NCBI GenBank assembly: GCA_030324005.1
Contig: JARDVH010000110.1
Span: 51,552,773-51,616,772, forward strand
DNA: 64,000 nucleotides
Direction of reading: 5' to 3'
DNA from: Negaprion brevirostris
Taxonomy: Eukaryota
Shown here piece by piece: positions 38,636 to 50,752 of the stretch (the stretch's first letter is position 1; every line of letters starts with the position of its first letter). A program made the position numbers and the translations under genes. The notes under the pieces are model-generated. The model searched no databases. It saw only the letters and a program-made list of their open reading frames with translations, and was not told the origin of the DNA.

Positions 38636-39189
38636 CTGTTCAATACTATTTAGCATAATTATGTCCTTATAAAACCTTGGACTCATTCTCAGTAGAGAGA
38701 ATTATTTGGTCTCATTGAGTTGGAATGCATCTATTATTTTTAATAGCTTTTCTTGTTTGAAAATCAGCAGTTCATTTTCATTACCTTTAACGACTAAAAA
38801 TTATGGGGGTACATTCATGCAAATTACAGATCTTTACATTTACATGCAAAACTCTGTACATGAGACACATGAATGTTTTGTCCTCCATCTGTAAATTTCT
38901 CCCATGTTCTATTTGAAGTCATATTATAATCTATATCGGAGCTCAAAGCCCAATAAAATCCAGCCCAATAACACTGATCACTGGTGAGAGCAAAATGATT
39001 AGTGGGTTCACTACTAATGGTCTGAACATTCATACTGCCTTTGGCAAAATGAATTTCCTTGTAAATCATTTGACGCAAGCAAGAGCATCCGAATANNNNN
39101 NNNNNNNNNNNNNNNTAAAATAATTCTAACAACGAATGATGGAGTGTAGCCAAAGGCGGCATGTCAAGGAAGAAATACTGGCCACTTAC

Positions 39190-39233
39190 CTTACAATGAT
39201 AAGCATGTTTCCAAATGGGAGTAAAGAATTTCG
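39190..39233 (-). other. Candidate 5' UTR exon of the minus-strand gene
   Basis: Strong acceptor ctttcttttatctttcatag| and perfect donor AAG|GTAAGT, between the putative promoter and the ATG exon. Confidence 0.5.
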
Positions 39234-39364
39234 CTATGAAAGATAAAAGAAAGTGGATTATCAGGTGGTTATTTCGCAAGTCTAGGACCCTGTTACTTTT
39301 TTTTCTCCCTATGTTTTAAAAATGTAAGCGTTTCTGAGAGAGTATAAAAGGATTCATAGGTGCA

Positions 39365-39550
39365 GTTCTTCCGGGTGCTTGCACATAATCAAAATTGTTT
39401 TGATTACGAAAACCAGATCTGTATTTCCGGAGTGCCTCGGTGCAAAGTTCGACTTTGTTTTATAGCAATCAGCAAACATTAGGGCCCATCTCTTCACTGA
39501 AATAGCATACTTGTGGAAATTCTCCTTGTAGCCAATAGATGACGTGAATC
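39365..39550 (-). promoter_or_regulatory. Putative Pol II promoter
   Basis: Minus-strand TATAAAA at 39464-39458, CCAAT at 39532-39536, TGACGTGA at 39540-39547, and CCGGAA ETS-type motifs near 39425 and 39370. Locally more CpG than the flanks. Confidence 0.45.
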
Positions 39551-40099
39551 GTTGTAGGAATTTGGTAGAAACATGTGCTTCTGTTCAAGAAATTATTGAA
39601 TATTTTAGCACTGACAAACCTTCATTGTTTTTCATAAACTTTTTCTCTTCTTGACATTAGATTCACCAAAGTAGTTTGCAACATATTACAACAGAACTAG
39701 GGGAATGTGTAATGCTGAGACAGTGACAAATCATAGATTTATTCTTGTAAGTTCCTGATCTTGTCTGTGCAGGCAGGTCATTAAGGCAGAGAGCAGGGAT
39801 TGAGCTTTTCTTCAAAGGGAAGTGAAAGAAACAAACAACAGTGGCAGGTAAATGGTGACAGACCATTCTTGAGCTTATCTTCCTAATTGCTCTTCTCCCC
39901 CGTCTCGAGATCCTGTTTCTTAGCTTCTCACCTGATCAGTGGTGACAAGGGCTGTCCCTTCATGAATGAAAGCATCCAACCCACAAATCCAAAGACAGAC
40001 ACAGCAAACGTTGCAGGTCTTCTTCAAAACAGTGGAACTGTTTTGTCTGCATGCAAATGGTCTGTCCTATCAAATGTCTTGCAATAGCATGACTCTCAC

Positions 40100-40800
40100 T
40101 GTGTGCATGCTGTATATGTGTGCAATGATGCCTGAGGATTTCCCTTGTTACCCAGTAGCCACCCTTTGATGGACCATGGTACAACATACTGCCTCAGAAA
40201 GCAGGCATCGTGACTGTTGCCAGGATACCATACATTTATCAGCGCGATGTTTTGCTGGTGGCAACATACTGGTTCCATATTGAAGGGTTTGGAGTCCTTT
40301 TGTGATTGAGTATAGAGTTAACCTGATGTTCTACAAACCACTGCGCATGCAGTTAATGGCATGCAGCACTGTGGGGAAACGTGCAATCCTTTCAAACACT
40401 TGTGTTCACTACATCTGCTTCTCTTTAACAACAAGGAATGAAATGAAGTTATCTGCCTTTGAATAAAGAGCATCAGTCTTGTATGGAACAGTGCTAGGCA
40501 AACTATGAAATAGGTGTGGAAACATTCATCATCATAGTCATCATTGCAACAATGGAAATGCTTTGAGGTTGGAGATGCAGCTGAAATGAATGCCATATTT
40601 CAGTGACGCCACCTTTAGTGATATACAGACATCTCAAACATTGGTTCTTGTTGAGGTTCAGGTCAGAGGGCTACTCTCTGGATACATATGGCCTCCTGTT
40701 GAGGGCTTTGCTTCTTTCCCTTCTCCTCCTCCCACCTCAGCAGCTTGTCTTGCTCTATGTGGCCTCTGCTCATTCTCCCAGTCATTATTAGTTCCCAGAT
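40100..40800 (-). mobile_element. Decayed Harbinger/PIF transposase (HARBI1-like)
   Basis: VCCHQQNIALINVWYPGNSHDACFLRQ and GWLLGNKGNP match the DDE motifs YPGS.HD and LLGDKGYP; frameshifts and stops are present. Confidence 0.8.
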
Positions 40801-41947
40801 TAAGATTAGTACACCCGTGAGTATGGTCTGTTTAGAAATCTTGAAGTCAGCAAAAAAAGCTCTTTTGCTCTTGCTGCAAAATTTCCAGTAGACTTTAGAA
40901 ATGTGAAACAACTGTGGAAATCACCAGAAACATGTAGAAGTGCAAAGAACCTTTACATTGAGGAAATTAGCTCCAGTTTGTCAAGAAATAAACAAAATTT
41001 CTGAGTACAAATTAGTACTGGGGCATTCAAATCGATTAAAAAACTTGAAGTTGGACGATTCGGATTAAGAGTTTTTAATCCAATTAGAAACAGCGAAGAT
41101 GCGGAAGGCGGTGGGGGAGGGGGGAGGGTGATCAATGGTCTTAGAATCATAGAATCCTTCAGTAAAGAAAGAGGCCCATCAGTGCATTGAGTTTGCACCA
41201 ACCACAATCCCATCCAGACCCTATTCCTGTAACCCCGCATGTGTACACTGCTAATCCCACTGACACTAGCATCAATTTAGCATGGCCAATCAATCTAACC
41301 CACACATCTTTGTACTTGCTATCATTTATAGTTGTATTCTAGGAGGTCTTCTGCCAGTGCAGATCATTTTCTCCTCACTTGCCTGTGACAATTTGTTAAT
41401 TGCTGAAAAGCCCGGTCATTACAAACATAATGGGTGTAAGGAGGGCTGGTCACTTGTCCTTTCAAAAGGCTAATAAATGGACCACCATTTAACCAGAATT
41501 ATTCATACTGTTACAGAGGTTTGGGTTTTTTTTATTCAATCGTGGACGTGGGCATCGCTGGCTGATCAAACTGAGCCTGAGGTACGAGTGCCCATTTCCA
41601 AGGCAGAACTCTGTTTTGGGAAAGGGATTGGCATGCCACCTAAAAAGCAAGCTGATGACTGTGTGTGGAATCTTGATTTGGGAACCCCACTGCCATTTAT
41701 CAATTTCCTCATCCCAGCATTTATTGCCCATTTCTAGTTTGCCCTTGAGAAGATGGTGGTGAGCTGCCTTCTTGAAGTGCTGCAGTCCATGTAATATGGG
41801 TTGACCCACAATACCGTGAGAGAAGGGATTGCAGGATTTTGACCCAACGACTGTGAAGTTATGGCGATGTACTTCCAAGTCAGGATGGTGAGTGGCTTGA
41901 AGGGTAACTTCCAGGTGTACTTCCCTTGTGTCTGTTGCCCTTGTCCT

Positions 41948-42147
41948 GATGTGGATATGCCAGCGATGGACTGGGGTAAACACAGTAAAAAGCCTGACAA
42001 CACCAAGTTTAAGTCCAACCGATCTATTTGATAGTAAACTCACTAGCTTTCGAGGTTTCCCTCATACACCTGAAGAAGAGGGAAACCTCGAAAGCTAGTG
42101 AGTTTACTATCAAATAGATCGGTTGAACTTAAACCTGGTGTTGTCAG
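41948..42147. mobile_element. Non-autonomous Penelope-like palindromic element with 11-bp TSD
   Basis: Arms 41992-42063 and 42078-42149 are reverse complements at 70/72. GCCCTTGTCCT is duplicated at 41937-41947 and 42148-42158. Related degraded copies lie at 20290-20405 and 36820-36935. Confidence 0.8.
42067..42100 (+). ncRNA. Minimal type I hammerhead ribozyme motif (Penelope-associated type)
   Basis: CAC-CTGAAGA-A-GAGG(GAAA)CCTC-GAA-AGCT-A-GTG: CUGANGA core, 4-bp stem II with a GAAA loop, GAAA, palindromic AGCU, UH site and a CAC/GTG helix I. Confidence 0.6.
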
Positions 42148-43649
42148 GCCCTTGTCCTTCTGCATGGATGCGGTTGTGGGTTTGGAAGGTGTTGCTGAGG
42201 ATCATTGGTGAATTTCTGCACTGAGTAAGCTTCCTTTTAAATAAAATCTTGCAATATGAGTTTGTAGTTGAGGGTGTAGTTCTATGCAGGTGGATATTGT
42301 AAATAATGGATGTTAAATTACATCTGTTTCCAGGCATTATGCATCCAAATAAGAGTCAACATTGAGTCTGAGATATAATTGCCTATTTCTGATGCAAAAC
42401 TCTGTTTTGGTAAAGGGATTGGCATGCTACTTAATAGCTGGCAGAAGCAAGTTGATGAGGGAATCTTGATTTGGGAACCCCATGCCATTTATCAATTCCC
42501 TCATTCCTGTCATAACTTTACACAGCTGAAAGTGACCTTGGACAGAATGAAGTATTTTTCAAGGGATCATGAACATTAAAAATAGAAGCTGGAATATGCC
42601 ACGTGGCCATTTAATAAGATCACACTTGATCTTCTACTTCAATCATATCTCCCCACTTTCCTTGATTTTCTAAAATGAATTAACATAAATGAAAGTATAG
42701 TCGGAACTGCTCAATAAANNNNNNNNNNTTGAAATTGCACATCGTTCTGATGAACATTATCATCCTTCCCAAAATTCCGGGATCACGAGTTCAAGAGGAT
42801 AATTTCCACTTGTTCTAGACTCCAGGAGAAACATCTTTGGAACGTCAATTCTATTAAGCCCCTTAGAAATTTTACATTGGGAAAATCAATTATTCAAATT
42901 AAGAACATGGTACAGGTCACCCCTCATGGAGTTGCCTACCCCTGGGAATTGGAATAAGTCTGCACAGTGCCGCTCGAAGCAGTGTTATTCAAACACATTT
43001 CACCCCCTTATGTTTCAGTGGGATTTTTGTTATTCTTTCGCAGGATGTGGGCATCACTGGCTTTGTTGCCCATCCCATATTGCCTTCAAGAAGGGGATGA
43101 CGAACTGACCTCTTGAACCATTGCAGTCCATACAGTGTAGGTAAACCCCATTATGCATTCATTGGTTTGCTGTATATCTTGGTTATAGATTTACCTCAGG
43201 ACAATGCAGAAATGACAATAGTTCTAAATTTACAACTGAGATACTTTAAAATATCTTTACTTAAAGGAATTTGACACATGTAGAAACATAAAAACATGAA
43301 AAATAGGAGCAGGAATAGGTGACTCAGTCCTTTGAGACTGCTCTGCCATTCATTAGTTTAAAGTTTACTTATTAGTGTCCCCAATAGGCTTACACTAACA
43401 CTACAATGAAGTTACTGCAAAAATTCCCCAGTCGCCACACTTTGGCACCTGTTTGGGTACACTGAGGAAGAATTTAACATGCCCAATGCACCTAACCAAC
43501 ACGTCTTTCAGACTGTGGGAAGAAACCAGAGCACCTGGAGGAAACCCACACCGACACAGGGAGAGCGTACAGACTCTGCACAAGTGACCCAAGCCAGGAA
43601 TCAAACCCGGGTCCCTGGCTCTATGAGGCAGCAGTGCTAACCACTGCCA

Positions 43650-44128
43650 AAGTGAAGGTTCACTAGACTGGTCCCAGGGATGAGAGTGTTGTCCTATGAT
43701 GAGAAGCTGAGCAATATGAGTTTGTATTTCCTGGAGTTTGGAAGGATCGAAGGTGATTTAATTGAAACATTCAAGATTCTGAAGGGACTTGACAAACAAC
43801 ACTGAGAGGTTGTTTCCTCTGACTAAGGAACTTGGAGCATGGGACCACAGTCTCAGGATAAGGGTCTGATCATTTAGGACAGAGGTAAGCAGAAATAAAT
43901 ACATTCAAAGGGTTATGAAGCTTTGGCAATCTGTATCCAGAAGTTTGTGGATACTCCCTCATTGAATCTGTTTAAGGCTGAGATAGACAGGTTTTTGATC
44001 TCTGAGAATCCCAAAACATAGGAAGCCACTGTGAAAGCTGAAGCCAAAGATCAGCCATGAGAGTATTGGATGGTGGAAATGTGTCATCTGGCCAAATGGT
44101 CCTGCTCCTATTTCTTATGTTCTTATGA
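43650..44128 (+). mobile_element. CR1 LINE 3' end
   Basis: RFTRLVPGMR..SYDEKL...GDLIETFKILKG; tail cctgctcctatttcttatgttcttatg. Confidence 0.8.
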
Positions 44129-44445
44129 ATTCCACTTCCAGCCCCATTAGTTGTAACATACAGGGCAGAATTTTCCAATCATGTCTACCCCAAGGTCAAT
44201 GGACCTTTAAATGGTCCATCAAATTTTCCATCGCACCTGCAACAATTCCCAAGGTGGGCGAGACTGGAAAATCTTTGAATAGTCAAAATGAATATTCTAT
44301 GCATTATGAATACTTGGACGTCTGTACTTAATTTGAATATGTTTGGATTCTCCGGATGAGAATCAAAGTCTCAGGATTTTTATGTGTTCATCTTTTAAGT
44401 TATTGGCTATTTAATTAACTTATTTACAAAATACTTCGGGATTGA

Positions 44446-44663
44446 GGGTGGGATTTTCCAGTTCTGCCCGCATCCCAAGACGTGTTTTTCAGTGGCGGAT
44501 TCAACAGCTCACCTTGGGCCACTAGCAGGATCTTCCAATCCTGCTGATGTCTACGGAGTTTTGCATGGCTAATCTGCTCCTTCACTGGAGAACCCAAAGC
44601 AGCGGCTCACCTTTGATGGGACCAGAAGATACCACTTGAAGGAAGGGCTGGAAAATTCTACCC
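44446..44663. mobile_element. MITE with 16-bp TIRs (Harbinger-like)
   Basis: GGGTGGGATTTTCCAG ... CTGGAAAATTCTACCC (14/16 inverted), flanked by tga/aga. A related shorter copy lies at 44162-44275. Confidence 0.65.
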
Positions 44664-46479
44664 AGAGTTCCTGCTTTGGGGACAGTTGGCAATCCAGGTG
44701 AAAATTGTGCCCAAAATTAGACTCATTTTGAGACTGAAATGAATTGCTGAGCATAAAATCAATTTACTTTAACAGAAAGGTCAATAACCATGGTGGGATG
44801 GGGGCAGGGGGCGCACAGGTTTGAAGTAATTGATAGAAGAATTAGAGGGGAGTTGGGGAGAATTGTTTTCACCCAGCAGGGGCTGAGGACCTAGAACTCA
44901 CTACCTGAAAAGGTGGGATGGCAGAAACCTTTGCTGCATCTAATAACTTCATGGATATACGTAAGCTACAAGCTGCAGACCAAGATTTGGAGAATGAAAT
45001 TCAGCTAGTTAAATCTCTTTCAGCCAGCACAGGCAGAATGGATTGAATAATCTCTTTCTGTGCATATCCATGATTGTATGATAGACCCAGCAACAAGGCA
45101 AATTCTAGATGGCTGGGGATGAAGTCAGAAGTAATAGATGTCTCATGATTCCTGATGCAGTTTTTACTGATCAACTCACTTTTTCATATAGCTTTGCCTC
45201 TTTGCTGTCAATGTTGGAAAAATGAGTCAATACCCTGCGTTCATGAGTCTACCACAGTGTACTTTGTGCAGAAGAAAGGGAGATAGGTGATGCCTTAAAA
45301 TTCAAAGATATCAAAGTGGTTGGGCTGGTGTTTTTTTATCAATTGTCATATTTTGGCATGTGTTCTTATTCCCTTATAAATGTCCTAAGACACTATTTTG
45401 CCTTTACCACTACCAGTGAAGATTAGGCTTTTGGGTGAAGTTGTTTTTTTCACTAAAGCAATCTTTGTTCTATGTTACTCTCTGCAGACATTTGTTGTGC
45501 ACTTGCTGTGCATTTCCCTGTCTTCAAAGTTATGACTATTCATTCCAATACACTGGACCAAAAACTGGGGGTCAGTGTTTAACCTAACAACTTAGTTCCA
45601 TCATACAACCAATTAAATTGTGCCTTACTGTGAACCTATTCATTAAGTATCATTTTTAAAACTTGGAAAATGTTATCATCAGCATGCGCAGGAAGGAATA
45701 TCTTGTGCAGTTCACTGAAGATCCTTAGACAGCACTTTTCAAACCCATGATCATTTCCATCTTGAAGGACAAGGGCAGCAGGTATATGGGAACACCACCA
45801 CCTGCAAGTTTCCCTTCAAGCCACTCACCATCCTGACTTGGAAATATATTGCCATTCCTTCACAGTTGCTGGTCAAAATCTTGGAATTCCCGCCCTAACA
45901 GCATTGTGAGTCAACCCACAGAACATGGACTGCAGCGATTTAAGAAGGCAGCTCACTACCACCTTCTCAAGGGTAATTAGGATGGGCAATAAATGCTGGA
46001 CAGCCAGTGATGCCCATTCCCACGAATGAATAAAAAAAAGAGTAATGATCTCTGTAATTTCTTATGAGTGATATCGTGCTACCTACTTAAGAACTATCCT
46101 TCATGTCCTGTGACTCAATCATTTTGGTCTTCATTTCAAAAGCTTCTTTCCTATTCCACAGTTTCTTTTCTGTAACTTAGCAAAAACTTTGTGAAAGTNN
46201 NNNNNNNNNNNNNNNNNNNNNNNNNNNNNNNNNNNNNNNNNNNNNNNNNNNNNNNNNNNNNNNNNNNNNNNNNNNNNNNNNNNNNNNNNNNNNNNNNNAT
46301 TGAATGGCGGGGCAGGCTTGAAGGGCTGGATGGCCTACTCCTGCTCCTATTTCTTATGTTCTTATGTTCTTATGTTCATCTATAATCTCTAAATACATAA
46401 ATAGTCTTTGTGATACAAACGTCCCTTAGGTCTCCAATTAGATCTATGAGTGTGAAATCGTATCAAAGTAGCATGACTA

Positions 46480-47180
46480 AGCTTGTCAGAGTGCATGAAC
46501 CTGCAACTTACTCAACCTCAAAGTTATTTTGATGATGATGATCTGACCATTTGTAGATTCATAGAAATTGATCATCTGGTTCTGACGTAGCAAACAATAT
46601 AGAGAGTGCCTGCTGATTGGTGCAAAGATTGAATGTTCTACCATAGAGATACATGTGCCATTGTTCACATATGTAGATACAGGTGAATGCAACCACATTG
46701 AGAGTTGTGAGAATGGAAATATCATGTAAGCTGCTGGTCATTCACTTGCTTTAATGTAATGTGAGCATTCAGATCTAATTGCAGTTTCCTGCTACTTCTG
46801 GTGTAACATATGTGTTGATTGAAATATGTGCGGACTGATGGAGATGTTACCATAATCTTTATCATTTCAAATGCTGTTTGCTGTACTATTGTCCTTTCCC
46901 ATTGTGAATTTTTGCACAGCAGTTTAAGAGCCTTTGTAATCTCTGCCTCCTTAGGAACCAATTTGTGATAAAAGCTAATAGTATCAAGGAACAATGCCAA
47001 CTCTTTCATGTTAGACGGTGTCAAAAGCACATGAATGGCTTTGACATTGTTGTGTATAGGCTTCACTCCAGCTGTTGTCACTCTGTAGCCTAGAAAGTCA
47101 ATCTTGAGTGCTGCAGATGTGAATTGGTCTTTTCTGAGCATCAAATTCTATTGTGTAAATTGAGTGAACACTGCCAATAA
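46480..47180 (-). mobile_element. Ty3/Gypsy pol relic: RT C-terminus, connection and RNase H
   Basis: KIDFLGYRVTTAGVKP..VKAI..TPSNMKELALFL..FYHKLVP..QQTAFEMIK, then ICEQWHMYLYGRTFNLCTNQQAL..IYKWS. Confidence 0.85.
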
Positions 47181-47799
47181 TTGTATGCTCTATCCTAATG
47201 GTAAAGAAATGAGAACAGTGGCATTTATTGTTGAGGGGCAGCGGGGAATATATAATGTGGGTGAGTGTGGATTTGTGTGCAGGTATGGAGTGTGCGGTGG
47301 TGGTGCTTTTAAATCCTGGAAAAATACAAATTAATTGTGAGACTTCTGCCAATCTGTAGACTTCCATATTTAACTCCAATGAATTTGGTTGTGTATCTGT
47401 GAGCTCCTTGGTAAAGGGTGGTTTTAATTGCAGGATGTTAATCCCTTAATAACAGAGAAATGAATTACAATTTTAACCTTTGGATCCACGGGTTCCCAAG
47501 CGTCCGGGAACTAGACAGTGAAAGCAGCACAAGGAGGTAGCGGCAATCAAGGGGGTTATTGACGTGTCAGAGAAATATACCAGTGTGAACTGGACCCTCA
47601 CCTCTGCTTTCTTGCTTGCTTGTGTGAAAGGATTTTGTTATGTTTTAATGCAATTTTTATAGGGGGTTGTCACAGTGACTTTATTGCGGTGTTAATGTAA
47701 GCTGACTGGTGACACTTGATAAATAAACTTTAACTTTAAACTGAACTTTGATGCAGGTAGATTAATCAGTACACAAAGGCACAGAGGTGATTCAATGTT

Positions 47800-48060
47800 G
47801 CAGGTTATTTTTGCTCCAACAACTCAACTAACAAAATGTATGTGGCATGTTTCAGTACATCAGCAGAAATGTGTTCAGACATTTTTGAATGGAAGAATGC
47901 CCTTGTGCTAACCTTAAAGCATATTTCATAATTTGAATCAATCTCTCTGCTAATCCATTGGTGAATGGTGATGTGAAGAATTAAGTTACTTCTCCGAAAA
48001 TTCTCAAACACCTGCGAGACAAACTGAGGTCCATTTTCTGTCACAAGTTGTTCGGGTGAC
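47800..48060 (-). mobile_element. Gypsy integrase core fragment
   Basis: PEQLVTENGPQFVSQVFENF matches the integrase P..lvtDNGpqF.S..F..F motif. Confidence 0.7.
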
Positions 48061-50284
48061 CCATAAGATTAAGACCATTAGACGTAGGGTGGGTTACAGT
48101 CTTACTCAGCCTGAAACCGTAAAATCCTACCCGAGGTCAACAGACCTTTCCATTGTCCACTTGTCACCCGCTCCGATTCCATGGTGGACAGCCATAGGAG
48201 CAGAAGTAGGCATTGACCCTTCAAGTCTGCTCCACCAGTTAATGAGATCATGGCTGATCTGATATGATAATGCTCAACTCCACTTTACCGCCTTTTACAT
48301 ATAACCCTTGATGCCTTTACTGATTACAAATCTGCCTATCTCAGCATTGAACACGCCTAATGAACCAACATCTGCAGCTCTCTGTGGTAAAGAATTCCGC
48401 AGGTTCACCATTCTCTGAGAAGAAATTCCTCCTCATTTCATCAGATGGTGGAACTGTAATGATGACCATGAAACTACTGTCAATTGTCATAAAAACCCAT
48501 GTTGAATGAACGATCCCTTATGCTGAGATTTTGGGTGAGACCTTAATCCATAATGTATGAGATTGCCGGAGGAAGTTCATATTTCGGCAAAAATCGGAAA
48601 TTGCAAATCACGCCGGTGTGATAGTGACCTTTGATTATCCCCGCCCATCATCTGCAACGTAATCAGGTTCACATCCAATATGCTGGGAATTTTCACAATA
48701 GCATCTCAGCAATGTTTGTGTAAGCCTACTTGTGATACTAATAAATAAACCTCTTTAAACTTTTAAATTACAGAATTCACCGTCATCTGACAATTCAATA
48801 CAGTAATCTAATGATGGCATCAAATTATACTGTCTGTCGATTCTCTGTTCTGTGTGCTATAAGTCAAGCCTAGGTATAGTTACAGAGAAAGAGAAACTAA
48901 ACTAAAGCAAGATGCTGTAAGCACGACAGCAGACATTTCAAAAGCATCACAAATAAATCTCTCGTTCATACATCAAAATTTTGTCATCTCTGCAGATTTT
49001 CCAGATGCAAAGCAAAACACTTCCTACACATGCAATCGTGGTGCAAACATTATTAATAATGAAGAGAAATTCTGCTAAGACTTTTGGAATTCTGTTCTGT
49101 ACTTTGGCAAATAAATTCAGCTAGGGGTCAGTATCATTCTTTGTAAAATATTAAGGTGATAGTTGGAGTTAATAAGAGGACATAAAATAAAAATCACGTT
49201 CTTTATATTCACACTAATAATTGTTTCTAATGAAGAGTACATTTTTCCAGAACTAAGCAGTATTTTTTTGATAATCAAAATCCTTGCACCTTAGAATACA
49301 TGCTGAGCTACCAGCCTCTTTTCTCTTATTCCTGATCGTCCCTGCAAAATTTGACTAATCACAGAAACTGTATCAATTTTCTACAGGACACCTTTAAAAC
49401 AGAACACTTCATAATTTGTTCTCCCGAAGATTCAAATGATTAAAAACCAGATGTAGTTTGTATCTGGGTCAATGTGTTGCTTTTAGTTAACTGCTCCTAA
49501 GTTGCGTGCAGCTGCAGTGAAAATCCTTTTTATTAAAAACCATCTTGAGCAATAATAAACTTTTCCCTTGGTCTGTGCTGAAACCTTGTTAAGCACACTA
49601 ACCATTATAAGCTGACCTCTGATTAGTATTCTGGTTTGTTTAATACACTTTCACTCTACTAGTTCTTTAACAGTAGAAAAATATTCAGCAGGATTTGTTT
49701 GGTAGTCTAATCTTGACAATGTTCTTCTCAAAGTGAGTGATGAACTTTTTGAGAATTAAAATATTCCTCCTTTTATATAAAGTGTCATTCTGGAGTACTT
49801 CAAGGTGAGGTTAAAAAAAAACAGGTTGGATACAAGTCAGAGTGCTCCTCTCTGCCGCTCTTCCACCCTGACAATCTCTGCCATCCTCTGCCAACAGCAG
49901 TCATGGCTATAGATCTTCTCTTTAAGACTGGTGAATTACTGCCAAATTATGAATCATTTTGTGTTGTGGTGTCATTTTATGTAGGAGCAAAGCTGATACA
50001 GTCATAAATAATATCACTTAGGAATCTTGGCATCTTGCACAGCAGTCCTGTTTGATTAGAAGCTGTTGGAATTTTTTTTTGGTGAGCCTTCCAGTTTAGT
50101 TCAAGACAGTCTTTGGCACAGAAAATAGCCAGTGGAGCCAAACATTAGGTTTGTTTTTGATGTGCCACAATGACATTATGCAAATACAATATAACGCAGA
50201 TTGAGACACTAAAGGATGTGCATTACTAACCTTTCCCAATAAGAATTGTCTACGTTACCATAGGTGGCTCCTATACATTTTATC

Positions 50285-50445
50285 GGCCAACATTTTGAGT
50301 TTAGATGACCCTTCATCAGAGCATCCAGATTCGAAATGTTGGCTCTACTTTCTCCCCATAGAGGCTGGCAGACCTGCTGAGATTTTCCAGCGTTTTCTGT
50401 TTTTGTTTCAGATTCAAACATTCACAGTATTTTGCTTTTATCTTA
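50285..50445. mobile_element. Second Penelope-derived short inverted element
   Basis: gccaacattttgagtttagatg and catccagattcgaaatgttggc are imperfect inverted copies. The minus strand reads CTGATGAAGGGTCATCTAAACTCAAAATGTT (decayed hammerhead). Confidence 0.55.
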
Positions 50446-50494
50446 TATGTTTTATCATGTAGATTTAACACGTATGTTTGGAAGGCGGAGTATG

Positions 50495-50752
50495 AAAAAA
50501 GATAAAGTCGCCATAGTCCCAGATGACCATCAGCTACTCTCTCCTTTGAGCTGACTGGTTGGTGGTGAAAGGTTATTCATGAAAGCCCTGCCTTCTCAAT
50601 CCTACCCCACACCTGATAGTATCACTTGAGGTGTGGGATAGGATTGAGAAGGCGGGGCTTTCATGTACAAACTCAGCCAGTACGGGAATTGAACCCATGC
50701 CATTGGCGTCGCTCTGCCATGCAAACCAGCCATCCAGCCAACTGAACTAACT
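50495..50752 (-). mobile_element. tRNA-derived SINE containing an internal inverted duplication
   Basis: Minus-strand head ttagttcagttggctggatggctgg...gggttcaattcccgtac (A/B boxes); hairpin at 50578-50665. Confidence 0.65.

Noticed and set aside
41489-42043. 184-aa minus ORF
   Set aside because: It runs across three unrelated pieces (Penelope element, LINE tail and inserted segment), so it is not a coherent gene.
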